Positions 14,529 through 14,566 of a stretch of 14,566 nt of DNA are shown piece after piece (positions within the stretch are counted from its first letter, which is position 1; each line of letters opens with the position of its first letter). This stretch comes from Armatimonadota bacterium (GTDB lineage Bacteria; Vulcanimicrobiota; JACPDS01; JBDRKI01): positions 1 through 14,566 of the forward strand of contig JBDRKI010000084.1 of assembly GCA_043814095.1 (NCBI GenBank), read 5' to 3'. Under the pieces are notes generated by a model, which was not told the origin of the DNA, made no database searches, and saw only the letters and a list, made by a program, of their open reading frames with translations. Both the position numbers and the translations under genes were made by a program.

Positions 14529-14566
14529 TTACTTATTAACTATGCGGTTTACAGATGCCGCCACAT
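14529..14566 (-). CDS. Probable 3' end of an upstream gene (partial, product unknown)
   Basis: One minus-strand frame reads ...VAASVNRIVNK* with TAA at 14531-14529, 5 nt before the cheD ATG; too short to identify. Confidence 0.35.
   Translation of the reverse strand, partial: VAASVNRIVNK

Noticed and set aside
1-14566. CRISPR array, IS element, prophage or long tandem repeats
   Set aside because: No regularly spaced repeats, transposase or integrase motifs, or terminal repeats were seen; all intergenic gaps are about 100 nt or less.
14529-14566. Assigning the upstream fragment (VAASVNRIVNK*) as a HAMP or chemoreceptor C-terminus
   Set aside because: Only about 12 codons are visible and the frame is ambiguous, so it cannot be supported.

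Overview
Bacterial chromosomal window with two convergent blocks. Plus strand (1-2613): housekeeping cluster tuf(3' end)-rpmG-secE-nusG-rplK-rplA, with an L1-type autoregulatory RNA site between rplK and rplA. It ends at a bidirectional terminator, without the usual rplJ-rplL-rpoB continuation. Minus strand (2709-14566): a tightly packed operon cheD-cheY-cheB-cheA-cheC-cheC-cheC runs straight into a four-gene, fully cytoplasmic signalling module, followed by an HI0933/YhiN-family flavoprotein and a stand-alone MEDS-domain protein. The module consists of (i) a hybrid histidine kinase with an N-terminal Rossmann-like domain + GAF + PAS, (ii) a canonical single-domain receiver, (iii) a sensor-less HK-fold protein that keeps its phospho-His but has lost the ATP-binding motifs (candidate ChpT/Spo0B-like phosphotransferase), and (iv) a receiver whose phosphoacceptor Asp is replaced by Glu. 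Each of the three CheC paralogs keeps only one E-x2-N phosphatase site, in an alternating pattern. The best candidate for an undescribed system is this chemosensory cluster coupled to a possible redox-sensing phosphorelay. All calls come from reading motifs by eye; no searches were run.
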